Below, piece by piece: positions 44,024-53,757 of a DNA stretch of 64,000 nt. The notes under the pieces were generated by a model. It did no database searches. It saw only the letters and a program-made list of their open reading frames with translations, and was not told the DNA's origin. Both the position numbers and the translations under genes were made by a program. Location of the stretch: the NCBI GenBank assembly GCA_001804415.1, contig MHGA01000006.1, positions 14,308 to 78,307 on the forward strand, in the 5' to 3' direction. The DNA comes from Candidatus Aquivivens invisus. GTDB taxonomy: Bacteria; Omnitrophota; Gorgyraeia; Aquiviventales; Aquiviventaceae. Position 1 is the stretch's first letter. Each line of letters opens with the position of its first letter.

Positions 44024-44120
44024 AGCGCAAAATAAAAACCGCCATCCAGCAATGCTAGATGGCGGCCCGACCACCGAACCTCCTCTAAGAAGGGGCACAA
44101 GACATCCTTCTTAGACCCTT
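44024..44120 (-). terminator. Copy 3 of the repeated two-hairpin/terminator module (downstream of APC permease)
   Basis: Minus orientation: GGGUCUAAGAAGG..CCUUCUUAGAGG-AGGUUCGGUGGUCGGGCC-GCCAUCUAGCAUUGCUGGAUGGCGG-UUUUUAUUUU. Confidence 0.65.
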
Positions 44121-44167
44121 TGTGTTGTTTAGTCTACCGACATGCATAAAGCAGTCAAGAGGTATTT

Positions 44168-45487
44168 TCACCCCACTCGCCGGCGGGAGAGCGCGTAAAA
44201 GGGTAGCGCTAGGACGAGGAGGCCGAAGCCGAAGAGCGCCTCACGCGGCTGCTTCACGCAGACGTCGAGGATGAAGCCGCACATCACCAAGGAGAACAGC
44301 AGCGGGGTCAGCGGATACCCCCAGGCGCGGTAGGGCCTTGGGCGCGTGGGATGCGCGCGCCGCAGGACGATCACCCCCAGCACCGCCATCACGAAGAACA
44401 CGGAGATGACGACCGTGGAGTAGGTCATGATCTGGTCAAACGTCTTGGTGAACACTAGCACCACGGCGATCGCCGCGTTGGTCCACAAGGCCAGGGCCGG
44501 CGTGTGATACGTCGGGTGCACGGCGCTCAACCATTCGAAGAGGGGATGATCCTTGCCCATCGCATACAGGATGCGCGCGCCGGTGAGGATGTAGCCGTTG
44601 AGCGCGCCGAACGCCGAGCAGGCTACCATGACGGCGATGAACGTCGCCCCCGGATTTCCCCACAGGCGTTCCAGCACATGCGAGGCGACCAGCGTGGTGG
44701 TCGGCAAGTCGGTCATGTCCACGCAGACCAAGTAGCTGATGTTCACCAGCAGATACAAGACAGTCACCAGCGCCAGGCCTCCGAGAATCGAACGCGGCAG
44801 CGTGCGGGACGGATCGCGGATTTCTTCGGCGACGTAGGCGGCCTCCGTCCATCCGCCGAAGGTCCACAGCACAAACACAAACGCCACGCCGGACGACTGG
44901 ATGACGGGCAGGGTCAGGGCGGGGAGGCGCCAGTCAACGGCCACGCCGCGCCCGCCGGCCAACGCAATCACGCCGGTTGCGATCACGCTGACCAACGCCC
45001 CGATCTTCAGCACGGTAAAAATGTTTTGGACCGCTGTGCCCCGCCGCACCCCCAAGACGTTGATGGCGGTCAGCAGCACAATCGAGCCGGCGGCGAGGCC
45101 TCGCAGCGCAACCGGCGACATCGGGAACAACCGCCCGAGGTACTCCGCGAACACAAAACCCAGGATGGCGATGGTGCCGGTTCGCTCGATGAACAGTTTC
45201 GTCCAGCCGAAGAGAAAGCCCCAGAACCGGCCGTAGCCTTGCGTGATGTAGACGTAGTCGCCCCCGCTCTGTGGAAACAGCGTGGACAATTCGGCGTAGC
45301 ACAACGCACCGCACAATGACACGAGTCCCCCGACGACCCAGAGCGCGAGGATCAGCGAGGGACTTGGGAGGTGCGTGGCGATTGAGCTGGCCGTGCGGAA
45401 GATCCCGACGCCGACGATGCAGCCCACCACCAGCATCGTCGCATCGAAGAGCCCCAGCGCCCTAATGAGGGAAGACGGCTTGCTCAT
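44168..45487 (-). CDS. APC-family amino acid permease (start ATG 45487; the GTG 45505 alternative lies inside the repeat)
   Basis: 12-TM APC family profile. Confidence 0.75.
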   Translation of the reverse strand: MSKPSSLIRALGLFDATMLVVGCIVGVGIFRTASSIATHLPSPSLILALWVVGGLVSLCGALCYAELSTLFPQSGGDYVYITQGYGRFWGFLFGWTKLFIERTGTIAILGFVFAEYLGRLFPMSPVALRGLAAGSIVLLTAINVLGVRRGTAVQNIFTVLKIGALVSVIATGVIALAGGRGVAVDWRLPALTLPVIQSSGVAFVFVLWTFGGWTEAAYVAEEIRDPSRTLPRSILGGLALVTVLYLLVNISYLVCVDMTDLPTTTLVASHVLERLWGNPGATFIAVMVACSAFGALNGYILTGARILYAMGKDHPLFEWLSAVHPTYHTPALALWTNAAIAVVLVFTKTFDQIMTYSTVVISVFFVMAVLGVIVLRRAHPTRPRPYRAWGYPLTPLLFSLVMCGFILDVCVKQPREALFGFGLLVLALPFYALSRRRVG

Positions 45488-45492
45488 AGCGG

Positions 45493-45559
45493 CGACAAGC
45501 GACACGCGACAAGCGACAAGAAGAGAATCATGTCACTTGTCCCTTGTCACTTGTCACTC
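45493..45559. repeat. Inverted arrays of heptamers: (CGACAAG)x4, 10-nt spacer, (CTTGTCA/TGTCACT)x4; long hairpin between M15 peptidase stop and permease start
   Basis: Read directly; right arm supplies the last codons and stop of the peptidase. Confidence 0.9.
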
Positions 45560-46419
45560 TGTTCAAAGTGCCAATGCCACGGCTCGAACGCCGTGTTGTG
45601 CGGATTATCGCGGGGGTACGACAGCACGAATCCAAACTCGTGCGCATGGTGCGCAAGCCACTGGTATTCCGGGAGGGCTTCGAACGCCTCAGGGTTGTCC
45701 TCGCCATTGATGCCCTCCTCGTTGATGAAATCGACGGCTTGGCGGGGAGGGTAGCCGTGCTCGCTGTGTCCCGGCAAGGCGACGAAACGGTTGGTCTCGC
45801 GGATGGAATGGTCGTGCTTCGGCAGATAGAAGAGGAACAAATACAGCTGATAAGCCGGCGAGCGATAGCCGGACTCAACCAGGAGGCGCTTGCCGAGGTC
45901 GTGCGCCATGGCCTCCATCATGGCCTCGTAGGCCAGCATGGCTTCCCGAGGCAGAACCTGGGCGTCCAGCAAGATCGGTTGGCCTTCCTTGAGGTATTCC
46001 TGGGGACCCACCGGCACCACGTCGGGCGGTTCGCTCAACTCCCCGAAATAGTGGGAGGTTGCGCCGAGATCGGTTCCGCGCAAGGCGCGGACGGCATCGA
46101 GGAACGCGCGCTGCTCCTCGGTGAGGGGTTGGTACAGCTCCTCCCAGGTGAGCAGGTTGGCCGTGCCGGATTGCTTGTGGGAACTGATGAGCGGATCGAG
46201 GCGTTCAAGGACCGCCTGGAGCTGCGCGGTCTCTTCAGGATCCAGACGATCGACGTGGAGGGCGAGAGCCGACGCGGCAACACACAGCAGCCCGACCGTT
46301 GCCAGAACGCCGGCGAGGAACGGTCGGGCTGCGCGCGCGTGCACGGCGAGAATTACCGTCTCTTCGATGACAATTCGTCGACCACGCCGTTGAACCAGCG
46401 CCCCGCCTGATCCTTGCAT
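45547..46419 (-). CDS. D-alanyl-D-alanine carboxypeptidase, VanY/peptidase M15B family
   Basis: ESGYRSP and LPGHSEHGYPPRQAVD motifs; signal peptide. Confidence 0.75.
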   Translation of the reverse strand: MQGSGGALVQRRGRRIVIEETVILAVHARAARPFLAGVLATVGLLCVAASALALHVDRLDPEETAQLQAVLERLDPLISSHKQSGTANLLTWEELYQPLTEEQRAFLDAVRALRGTDLGATSHYFGELSEPPDVVPVGPQEYLKEGQPILLDAQVLPREAMLAYEAMMEAMAHDLGKRLLVESGYRSPAYQLYLFLFYLPKHDHSIRETNRFVALPGHSEHGYPPRQAVDFINEEGINGEDNPEAFEALPEYQWLAHHAHEFGFVLSYPRDNPHNTAFEPWHWHFEQSDK

Positions 46420-47027
46420 CCCAGGCCGAAGGCCAGCGCCAACCCAAAGCTGACGGCGGCGAGGACGATGAGGAACGCTTCCCCCACCAACTGGATTTGC
46501 AGTTGTCGCAGGGCGGCGGAGATGGCGAAGATCACCACGATGGCTTGGACCGCCTGGCCCAGCAGCCTGGAGGCATCCACCCCCGCATTGCTCGCCGCGG
46601 TACGCACGGTGCTGGCGAGAAACGCTCCCGTGACAATGCCAGCCACGAGGATGAAGATGGCCGCCACCACGTTCGGGAGGAAGGCGACGATGTGCTCAAG
46701 CAGTTGGGCTGCGACGGTGAGCTGCAGGGCGTTGAGGGTGGCAATGAGGACGACCAGCGTCACAAGCCAGTAGATGATCACCCCGATGACTTCCGAGAGC
46801 TTGCGTTTGATACCACCTTTGCTTAACACCTCGGTCAATTGCACCTTATCCGCGAGCTTGTCCAGCTTCGCCGTCTTGAGCAACTTGACGATCACGCCTT
46901 CCACCCCCTTGGCGACCGCCCATCCGACCAGCAGGATGAACAGGGCCCCCAGCACGTTGGGGAGAAACCCCATGAGCTGGCTGAAAAAGACTTGGACCGG
47001 CTGAATGAGCACCAACTGCCAATCCAT
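46353..47027 (-). CDS. Membrane protein with conserved TM-helix repeats (MscS-associated TM_helix type)
   Basis: Three similar TM repeats (FLPNVxxAxFILxxG). Confidence 0.55.
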   Translation of the reverse strand: MDWQLVLIQPVQVFFSQLMGFLPNVLGALFILLVGWAVAKGVEGVIVKLLKTAKLDKLADKVQLTEVLSKGGIKRKLSEVIGVIIYWLVTLVVLIATLNALQLTVAAQLLEHIVAFLPNVVAAIFILVAGIVTGAFLASTVRTAASNAGVDASRLLGQAVQAIVVIFAISAALRQLQIQLVGEAFLIVLAAVSFGLALAFGLGCKDQAGRWFNGVVDELSSKRR

Positions 47028-47083
47028 CCCTCACCTCCCGTGTTCAGGTACGGTGACACGACAACCCGAACCCACTTCAGGAT

Positions 47084-47431
47084 TTATGGGACAGCGCTGG
47101 ATTCTTCCCAGAAGACGAACTCGGGCTGGATGACCGGCTCGTAGTCAGGCGGGGCCGGAAAGGGGAACGTGAAGAACTCGTAGAACCCTGCGGCGGTCCG
47201 GACGAATCCGTGGCCCATCCCGCGCAGCAGCCCCCACGTGAGCCCGGCCGCCATCCCTTCGGTGTTGGAGGTCTCGGCGATGCGTTTGGGGATTTCGACC
47301 CACCCCGTGATGATGTTCGCGAGGCCTCGACCCAACTTGGTCGTCGGGCTGGCAGCGTGACTGAGGGAGGGAACGCTCAGGAAGGCAATCGTCAGGAAGG
47401 TCAGGGTCCGTGCAGCTTGCGACCGTGACAT
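47084..47431 (-). CDS. Small secreted protein, paralog family member
   Basis: Signal peptide; [18 protein letters not shown]...TFPFP. Confidence 0.6.
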   Translation of the reverse strand: MSRSQAARTLTFLTIAFLSVPSLSHAASPTTKLGRGLANIITGWVEIPKRIAETSNTEGMAAGLTWGLLRGMGHGFVRTAAGFYEFFTFPFPAPPDYEPVIQPEFVFWEESSAVP

Positions 47432-47487
47432 GCGCGTACTGTAGCATGAGCAGCCTCCGAACGCAAGCGCTTGTTATAATAGGGAGG

Positions 47488-49635
47488 ATGCGAAGGAAAG
47501 AGTGGCTCTTGGTGATCATGGTCGGGGGGATCGCCGGTGCCATCTGGTTGGCCGGCACACGTCCCTGGCCGCACACGGAGTCAGTCCCTATGGTGCAGGA
47601 ACATCCGGGTCGTCAGCCGAACCGTCTCATTAAGGAAAAGAGTCCCTACCTCTTACAACACGCCTACAACCCGGTGGCCTGGTATCCGTGGGGCGACGAG
47701 GCGCTCGCCACAGCTGCGCGTGAGGACAAACCCATTCTCCTGTCGATCGGCTACTCCACCTGCTACTGGTGCCATGTGATGGAGCAGGAGTCGTTCGAAG
47801 ATCCGGAAATCGCCCGGCTCATGAACGAGTGGTTTGTATCCATCAAGGTGGATCGGGAGGAGCGGCCTGATCTTGACGCCCTGTACATGACGGCAGTGCA
47901 GGCGATGTCGGGGCAGGGCGGATGGCCCATGACCGTCTTTCTGACTCCCGAGGGCAGGCCGTTCTGGGGCGGGACGTATTTCCCCCCCGAGGACGCGTAC
48001 GGTCGTCCGGGATTCAGGACGGTCCTGCGCTCGATCCACGAGGCCTGGCAAGCCAAACGCGCCGATCTCCTGGCCACCAGCCAATCAATCACCCAAGCGC
48101 TCCAAGCCGAGACCCAGCGCCTGACGACGGTGCCGTTAACGCGCGAGACCCTCCAGGAGGCGGTTGCGCAGTTGAGCGCCCAATACGATCCCGACCACGG
48201 CGGATTTGGACCGGCCCCGAAGTTCCCCCGACCGCACGCGCTCTCCTTCCTCTTGCGCGTGTGGTATCGGGATCGTGACCCCAAGCCCTTGGAGATGGTC
48301 GAGACGACGCTTCAGGCGATGGCTCGCGGCGGCATCCACGATCATCTCGGCGGCGGGTTCCATCGGTATTCCACCGACGAGCGGTGGCTCGTCCCCCATT
48401 TCGAGAAGATGCTCTACGACCAAGCCTTGTTGGCCCTGGCGTATCTTGAGGCGTTTCAGATTACCGGCAAGGCCGACTACGCGCAGGTCGCCCGAGGCAT
48501 CTTCACCTATGTGCTGCGCGATCTGCGCGATCCGCAGGGGGCCTTCTTGTCCGCAGAGGACGCCGGCGAGGTCGGCAAGGAAGGGGAGTTTTACGTGTGG
48601 AGTCCATCACAGGTTGAGGCCGTCTTGGGAGTGGAGGGCGCGGCGCCGTTCAACCAGGCGTATGACGTGACTGACCAGGGAAATTTTGAGGGGCATAGCC
48701 TCCTTCACCTGAACCAACAGTTATCAGCCGTTGAGCACCTTGCCTTGGCACGCGCCAAGCTGCTGCAAGAGCGCAACCGGCGCCCGAGGCCGCACCGTGA
48801 CGACAAGATCCTCACCGACTGGAACGGCTTGATGATCGGCGCGCTGGCCTATGGCGCGAAGGCACTTGGGGAACCGGCTTACGGCGAGGCGGGCGCAGGC
48901 GCCGCGACGTTTCTTCTCGATCGACTGCAGCGTTCGGGGCAACTGCTCCACCGCTATCGGGACGGCCAGGCCGAGATCCACGCGTTTCTTGATGACTACG
49001 CGTTCCTCAGTTGGGGGTTGCTTGCGTTGTATGAGGCCACGGGTGAGGCGCGCTGGCTGTCGGAGGCCAAACGACTGATGACGCAAGCGCTGCCACTCTT
49101 CTGGGACGATGCCGCAGGCGGGTTGTTCCTGAGTGGTGCTAAGAATGAAACCCTGATCGCCCGCACCAAGGAGCTGTACGACGGCGCGATTCCGTCAGGC
49201 AACTCAGTGGCCGCCCTGGTGTTGGTGCGCTTGAGTCAACTGACCATGGACGAAGCGATGCAGGACAAGGCGAAGCGGCTCATTGAAGCCTTTTCGGGAG
49301 AGGTCGCCCGCGCTCCGCACGCGTTTCCCCAATTTCTGATCGCGGTGGACGGATGGCTGGGTCCCTCGCAGGAGATCGTCATTGCGGGTGATCCCGATGC
49401 CCCGGCGACCCGCCGGATGCTGGAGCACGTCCACCGCCGGTTCCTGCCTCGGGCCTCGGTCGTCTTGCATCCACCAGGGGAAGCGGGCCGGACGATTGAA
49501 TCGCTCATCCCCTTTGTGGCCAATCAGGTCCAGCTCAACGGCCAGCCCACGGCCTATGTGTGTGAGAACTACCTCTGCAAGCTGCCGACGACGGATGTGG
49601 CAAAGCTGGTGGAACTGCTTGATGCGATCCGGTGA
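47488..49635 (+). CDS. Thioredoxin-domain protein YyaL/DUF255 with six-hairpin glycosidase-like domain
   Basis: [12 protein letters not shown] thioredoxin-like motif, about 715 aa. Confidence 0.8.
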   Translation: MRRKEWLLVIMVGGIAGAIWLAGTRPWPHTESVPMVQEHPGRQPNRLIKEKSPYLLQHAYNPVAWYPWGDEALATAAREDKPILLSIGYSTCYWCHVMEQESFEDPEIARLMNEWFVSIKVDREERPDLDALYMTAVQAMSGQGGWPMTVFLTPEGRPFWGGTYFPPEDAYGRPGFRTVLRSIHEAWQAKRADLLATSQSITQALQAETQRLTTVPLTRETLQEAVAQLSAQYDPDHGGFGPAPKFPRPHALSFLLRVWYRDRDPKPLEMVETTLQAMARGGIHDHLGGGFHRYSTDERWLVPHFEKMLYDQALLALAYLEAFQITGKADYAQVARGIFTYVLRDLRDPQGAFLSAEDAGEVGKEGEFYVWSPSQVEAVLGVEGAAPFNQAYDVTDQGNFEGHSLLHLNQQLSAVEHLALARAKLLQERNRRPRPHRDDKILTDWNGLMIGALAYGAKALGEPAYGEAGAGAATFLLDRLQRSGQLLHRYRDGQAEIHAFLDDYAFLSWGLLALYEATGEARWLSEAKRLMTQALPLFWDDAAGGLFLSGAKNETLIARTKELYDGAIPSGNSVAALVLVRLSQLTMDEAMQDKAKRLIEAFSGEVARAPHAFPQFLIAVDGWLGPSQEIVIAGDPDAPATRRMLEHVHRRFLPRASVVLHPPGEAGRTIESLIPFVANQVQLNGQPTAYVCENYLCKLPTTDVAKLVELLDAIR

Positions 49636-49672
49636 GGGTGTATAATAACGCCACACAGGAGGGCGAGTCATC

Positions 49673-50293
49673 ATGCCGGATCTGTACAGCAATCTCCACC
49701 TGATCATCCGATGGCTGCATGTGATCGCGGGCATTACGTGGATCGGGCATCTCTATTTCTTCAATTTCGTGAATGTCCCCCTCCAAGGCTCGCTCGATGA
49801 CGCGGCGAAAAAGGCCGTCAACCCGCAGCTGATGCCCCGCGCCCTGTGGTGGTTCCGGTGGGGTGCGATGGTCACGTTCCTCGCGGGACTTTCGCTGTTC
49901 GTCCTGACCTACTTCTACACCCCAGGCGTCGGCTTCGGTGCGACCAGTCTCTTGATCGACACGATGGGCCTGACCCACCGGGCTATGTGGATTCTCTTCG
50001 GGATGCTCCTGGGAACCATCATGTGGTTCAACGTGTGGTTCATCATTTGGCCCACCCAGAAACGTCTCCTCACCGGCAAGGTCCCGGCTGACCAGATTCC
50101 CGCCGCGAGGAAGAAAGCCCTGCTGACCTCGCGGATCAATACGTATCTCTCCGGCCCTATGCTCTTCGGCATGCTCGCCCCGGCGCACTACGGCGCGATG
50201 AGCACGCCGGCACTCCTCATCGCCCTCGGCCTGGGGCTCCTGGCGATCTGGGCGAGCATTCGCTCCTCCTCGAACGTTGGCAAGCTCGCGTAA
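49673..50293 (+). CDS. Membrane protein of the HemJ / urate-hydroxylase-N-domain (DUF989)-like type
   Basis: LHVIAGITWIGHLYFFNFVNVP resembles HemJ/PuuD-N signature; 4-5 TM. Confidence 0.45.
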   Translation: MPDLYSNLHLIIRWLHVIAGITWIGHLYFFNFVNVPLQGSLDDAAKKAVNPQLMPRALWWFRWGAMVTFLAGLSLFVLTYFYTPGVGFGATSLLIDTMGLTHRAMWILFGMLLGTIMWFNVWFIIWPTQKRLLTGKVPADQIPAARKKALLTSRINTYLSGPMLFGMLAPAHYGAMSTPALLIALGLGLLAIWASIRSSSNVGKLA

Positions 50294-51923
50294 TCAGGCC
50301 ACAGTTCTCGCACGGCACGAGGCCCGCCTCGTGTCGTTTCTGTCGAATCCCGCTAGCTACACTCCTCCGGTCGATTGCGTCGAGCGACGGGAAACGCACG
50401 TCTCCCACGTGTTCCTCGCCGGGGCCTTCGCCTACAAGTTGAAGAAGCCGGTCACCTTTCCATTTCTCGACGCCTCCACCCTGGCGCTGCGACGGCGGTG
50501 GTGCGGTTTGGAGCTGACGCTCAACCGGCGGCTCGCTCCCCGCATCTATCTGGGCCTTGCGCCGGTGGTGGAGGGCACCGAGGGCCTGTGTCTCGGAGGG
50601 AAGGGTCGAGTGGTGGAGTGGCTGGTTGCGATGCGCCGACTGCCTGAGGCGCGGATGCTCGATCAGCTCGTGGCGAAAGACCGGGTCAGCCGGCGCGATA
50701 TGTTCCGGATCGCAGACATCCTGGCGCGGTTCTTCAGGACGTGTGCGCGCAGCGCACGCATCAACCGGTTTGGCGCTTCCCGGCTCGTTGCGGAGCTTGT
50801 GCTTGGCAACCTCCGGGAGTGCGCCCCATTTGTGGGGCGGCTGCTGTCGGAGAAGGACCTCCGGTTGCTGGAATCGGCGTATCGGCAGTTCCTCTCGCTC
50901 CATGAACCTCTGCTGCAACGGCGGGTGCGCGAGGGACGCATCATCGACGGCCACGGGGATCTGCGCTGCGAGAACATTTGCATGACTGAGCCGGTGACGA
51001 TCTTTGATTGCGTGGAGTTCCAGCCGGCGTTTCGCTGCGGCGACGCCATCAACGACCTGAGTTTCCTGGCGATGGATCTCGAGTTTCGCGGCAAGCCCAG
51101 ACTGGCCGAGGCGCTGGTGGCGCGCTATCGTCGGAACAGCCGCGATGTCACGTGCGAGCCGCTCCTGCCGTTCTACAAATGCCACCGCAGCCTGGTGCGG
51201 GGCAAGGTCAGGGGGCTTTCGTGGCTGCAGCATCCGCGCGCCGCGGAAGGTCGACGGGTACGGAAGCTTTCCCGACGGCACTTTGCGCTGGCCGTGCGGT
51301 ACGCCAGGCAATTTGCCCCCCCGCGGCTCATCGCAGTCGGCGGCCTGATCGGCACAGGGAAGAGCACCCTGGCCCGCGGGCTGGCCGAGCGGTTGGGGGC
51401 GGTGTGGCTGCGGACCGATGAGATCCGGCTGAAAGAATTTGCGAGATTTCGGCGGCTCGCCTCTGCGAAGCCAGGTGGCGAAGCAGGGGAGGATGCAAGG
51501 GGTTTCTCGGACGGGCTCTACGCCCCGCGCGTCTCAGCCCTGGTGTACGAACGGTTGATCGAGCGAGCCGAAGCCGTCATCCGCCAGGGCCGGTCGGTGG
51601 TCTGCGACGGGACGTTCTCAAGGGCCGAAGGGCGCCGGGCGCTGAGACGCATCGCGAAACGCGCCGGTGGTTCGTTCTATTTCTTTGAGTGCACAGCACC
51701 TCGGCAGGTGGCGAGGCAACGGGTGGGGAGGCGCCTGGCCAGGCAGAGCGACCTGTCAGAAGCCAGACCGGAGCACTACGACCGCCTGAAACACGGGTTT
51801 GAGCCGGTCCGAAGACCTGAGGCTGCTTGCTGGAGGCGGCTGCCCACCACGAGCTCACCGGAGCGCGTGGTGCAGGAGGCGCTGGAGACCCTGCGCCGCG
51901 CCTGGCGTATCGGGGCCTATTGA
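50277..51923 (+). CDS. Bifunctional aminoglycoside-phosphotransferase-like kinase / P-loop ATP-binding protein (start uncertain, TTG)
   Basis: APH catalytic loop HGDLRCENI plus DxxE; C-terminal Walker A GLIGTGKST. Confidence 0.65.
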   Translation: MASSRNQATVLARHEARLVSFLSNPASYTPPVDCVERRETHVSHVFLAGAFAYKLKKPVTFPFLDASTLALRRRWCGLELTLNRRLAPRIYLGLAPVVEGTEGLCLGGKGRVVEWLVAMRRLPEARMLDQLVAKDRVSRRDMFRIADILARFFRTCARSARINRFGASRLVAELVLGNLRECAPFVGRLLSEKDLRLLESAYRQFLSLHEPLLQRRVREGRIIDGHGDLRCENICMTEPVTIFDCVEFQPAFRCGDAINDLSFLAMDLEFRGKPRLAEALVARYRRNSRDVTCEPLLPFYKCHRSLVRGKVRGLSWLQHPRAAEGRRVRKLSRRHFALAVRYARQFAPPRLIAVGGLIGTGKSTLARGLAERLGAVWLRTDEIRLKEFARFRRLASAKPGGEAGEDARGFSDGLYAPRVSALVYERLIERAEAVIRQGRSVVCDGTFSRAEGRRALRRIAKRAGGSFYFFECTAPRQVARQRVGRRLARQSDLSEARPEHYDRLKHGFEPVRRPEAACWRRLPTTSSPERVVQEALETLRRAWRIGAY

Positions 51924-51968
51924 CAAATTATTTTTTATCAGCTAATATTTAGCATAAGCGAATTAAAC

Positions 51969-52403
51969 ATGACGATCAGCCGATCCCACGTCAGCGAAGC
52001 GGTGGCCCAGCTCATGCCCAACATCATCCGGGGCGTGCAGCTGGACTTTTTTGTCAAGCGCCGGGTCACCCAGACCCAGTTGCTCATGCTGCTGGCGATC
52101 CGAGGATACGGACATCCCTCAATGGGTCGTCTGGCCGATGGCCTCCACGTGAAGATGCCCACCGCCACCGGCATCGCGAGCCGCTTGGCCCGTGCGGGGT
52201 ACGTCCGGCGCGCCCCAGGAGAAACCGATCGCCGGCAAGTCCTGGTGCAGCTCACGCCGAGGGGCGAGCAGTTTATCCGCGATTTTCAATCCGTCATCCG
52301 CCGGCGCTGGGAGGACGTGCTGGGTTCGCTCAACGCCGGGGAGCTGGCGGCGTTCCACCGGGTGGTTACCAAACTCTCCGCATCGCTGCAAGGAACCCTC
52401 TAA
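51969..52403 (+). CDS. MarR-family transcriptional regulator
   Basis: wHTH MarR core, 144 aa. Confidence 0.8.
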   Translation: MTISRSHVSEAVAQLMPNIIRGVQLDFFVKRRVTQTQLLMLLAIRGYGHPSMGRLADGLHVKMPTATGIASRLARAGYVRRAPGETDRRQVLVQLTPRGEQFIRDFQSVIRRRWEDVLGSLNAGELAAFHRVVTKLSASLQGTL

Positions 52404-52407
52404 CCTC

Positions 52408-53658
52408 ATGCGCATCCTGTGTGGGATCGTCCTTCTGCTGTTCATGCCCTCGGGGATTTCCTCCGCCTCTGACGTCTTGACGCTCGAAGAGTGTTATGAG
52501 CTCGCGCTGGCGCGCAGCGAGGAGCTCCTGATCCACCAGGAGAAGATCCGGGAAGCCGAAGGGCGGTTCCTCGAGGCGCTCGGCACCGTGATGCCCACCG
52601 CGACGTTCGAATGGTCTCGCAAGCGGCAGGACGGCAACAACGCCTCGGCGTTCAGCCTCCAGGATATCCCAGAGCGAAAATTTGTCTTCACGCAGCCGAT
52701 CTTCTCCGGCTTCAAGGAGTTTGCGGCGTTGGCCGCCTCGCGCGCCCAGCGCCGCGAGCGCGCGTTCGAGCGCCGGCGGGCGGAGCACCTGTTGTTCCTC
52801 GACGTCGTGGACGCGTTCTCCCTGTTGAGGCAGCAGCGGGAAGATTTGGCGACGCTGGAGGCGATCCGCCTGGCGCTGGTGGAGCGACTCGATGAGCTGG
52901 CTGCGCGGCAGCGGCTGGGCCGCTCAAGGCCGAGCGATCGGGTCAGCGCCGAGGCGCGGCTTCGGCGCGACGAAGCTGAGATCGAACGCGTCCGGCGGCA
53001 GGAGGCGACGGCGCGTCACCTGCTTGAGTTCCTCACCGGTCTGCCGCAGATCAGCGGACTCGCGGACGATGCGGCGGGCGCGCCGATGCTCGACGACGAG
53101 GAGACGTGCGTCCAGCGCGCACACCTGCGTCCGGATGTGCAAGCGGAGGAGGAGGCCTGGCGGATCGTCAAGCACGAGGTGGTGGTGGCCCAATCCGGGC
53201 TGTGGCCCGACGTCGATGTGGAGGGCAACTACTACACCCGTCGGGTCGGGAACGCCTCGGGGGTTGATTGGGACGTCCTCTTGAAGGTGGAGGTGCCGAT
53301 CTTCAAGGGCAGCGAGGTGCTCGGGGATATCCAGACGGCCTCGGCGAAAGCCCGTCAGGCAAAATGGCGTTTCGAGCAGGTTCACCGGGAGGCGCAACGC
53401 GAGATTCGGGACGCCTACTCGGACGTGCAGTTGGCGATCGCCCGGCAACAGGCCTTGGATCGCGCGTGGAAAGCCGCCGAGGACAACTACCGGCTCCAAC
53501 TGGACGACTACCGTCTCAACATCGTCAATAACCTCGACGTCCTCCAGACGCTTCAGGAGCTTCAAGATGTGCGCCGCGACCTCATCGCGGCGACGTACGA
53601 CGTGCAACGGCTCTACCAACGCTTGCAAATCGCCACCGCTCATGATCCCACCACCTGA
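52408..53658 (+). CDS. Outer-membrane efflux protein (TolC-like OMF)
   Basis: Signal peptide plus two OEP repeats; 416 aa. Confidence 0.75.
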   Translation: MRILCGIVLLLFMPSGISSASDVLTLEECYELALARSEELLIHQEKIREAEGRFLEALGTVMPTATFEWSRKRQDGNNASAFSLQDIPERKFVFTQPIFSGFKEFAALAASRAQRRERAFERRRAEHLLFLDVVDAFSLLRQQREDLATLEAIRLALVERLDELAARQRLGRSRPSDRVSAEARLRRDEAEIERVRRQEATARHLLEFLTGLPQISGLADDAAGAPMLDDEETCVQRAHLRPDVQAEEEAWRIVKHEVVVAQSGLWPDVDVEGNYYTRRVGNASGVDWDVLLKVEVPIFKGSEVLGDIQTASAKARQAKWRFEQVHREAQREIRDAYSDVQLAIARQQALDRAWKAAEDNYRLQLDDYRLNIVNNLDVLQTLQELQDVRRDLIAATYDVQRLYQRLQIATAHDPTT

Positions 53659-53757
53659 GCATCAAGGCAGCTCCGGTGCGGCGATCCCGGGCTGCCTTGA
53701 TACGCGTGGGGGGCTTAACCGTTGGCCCCGCCTTCGGCGGGGCGCACAGGTGGGGGG

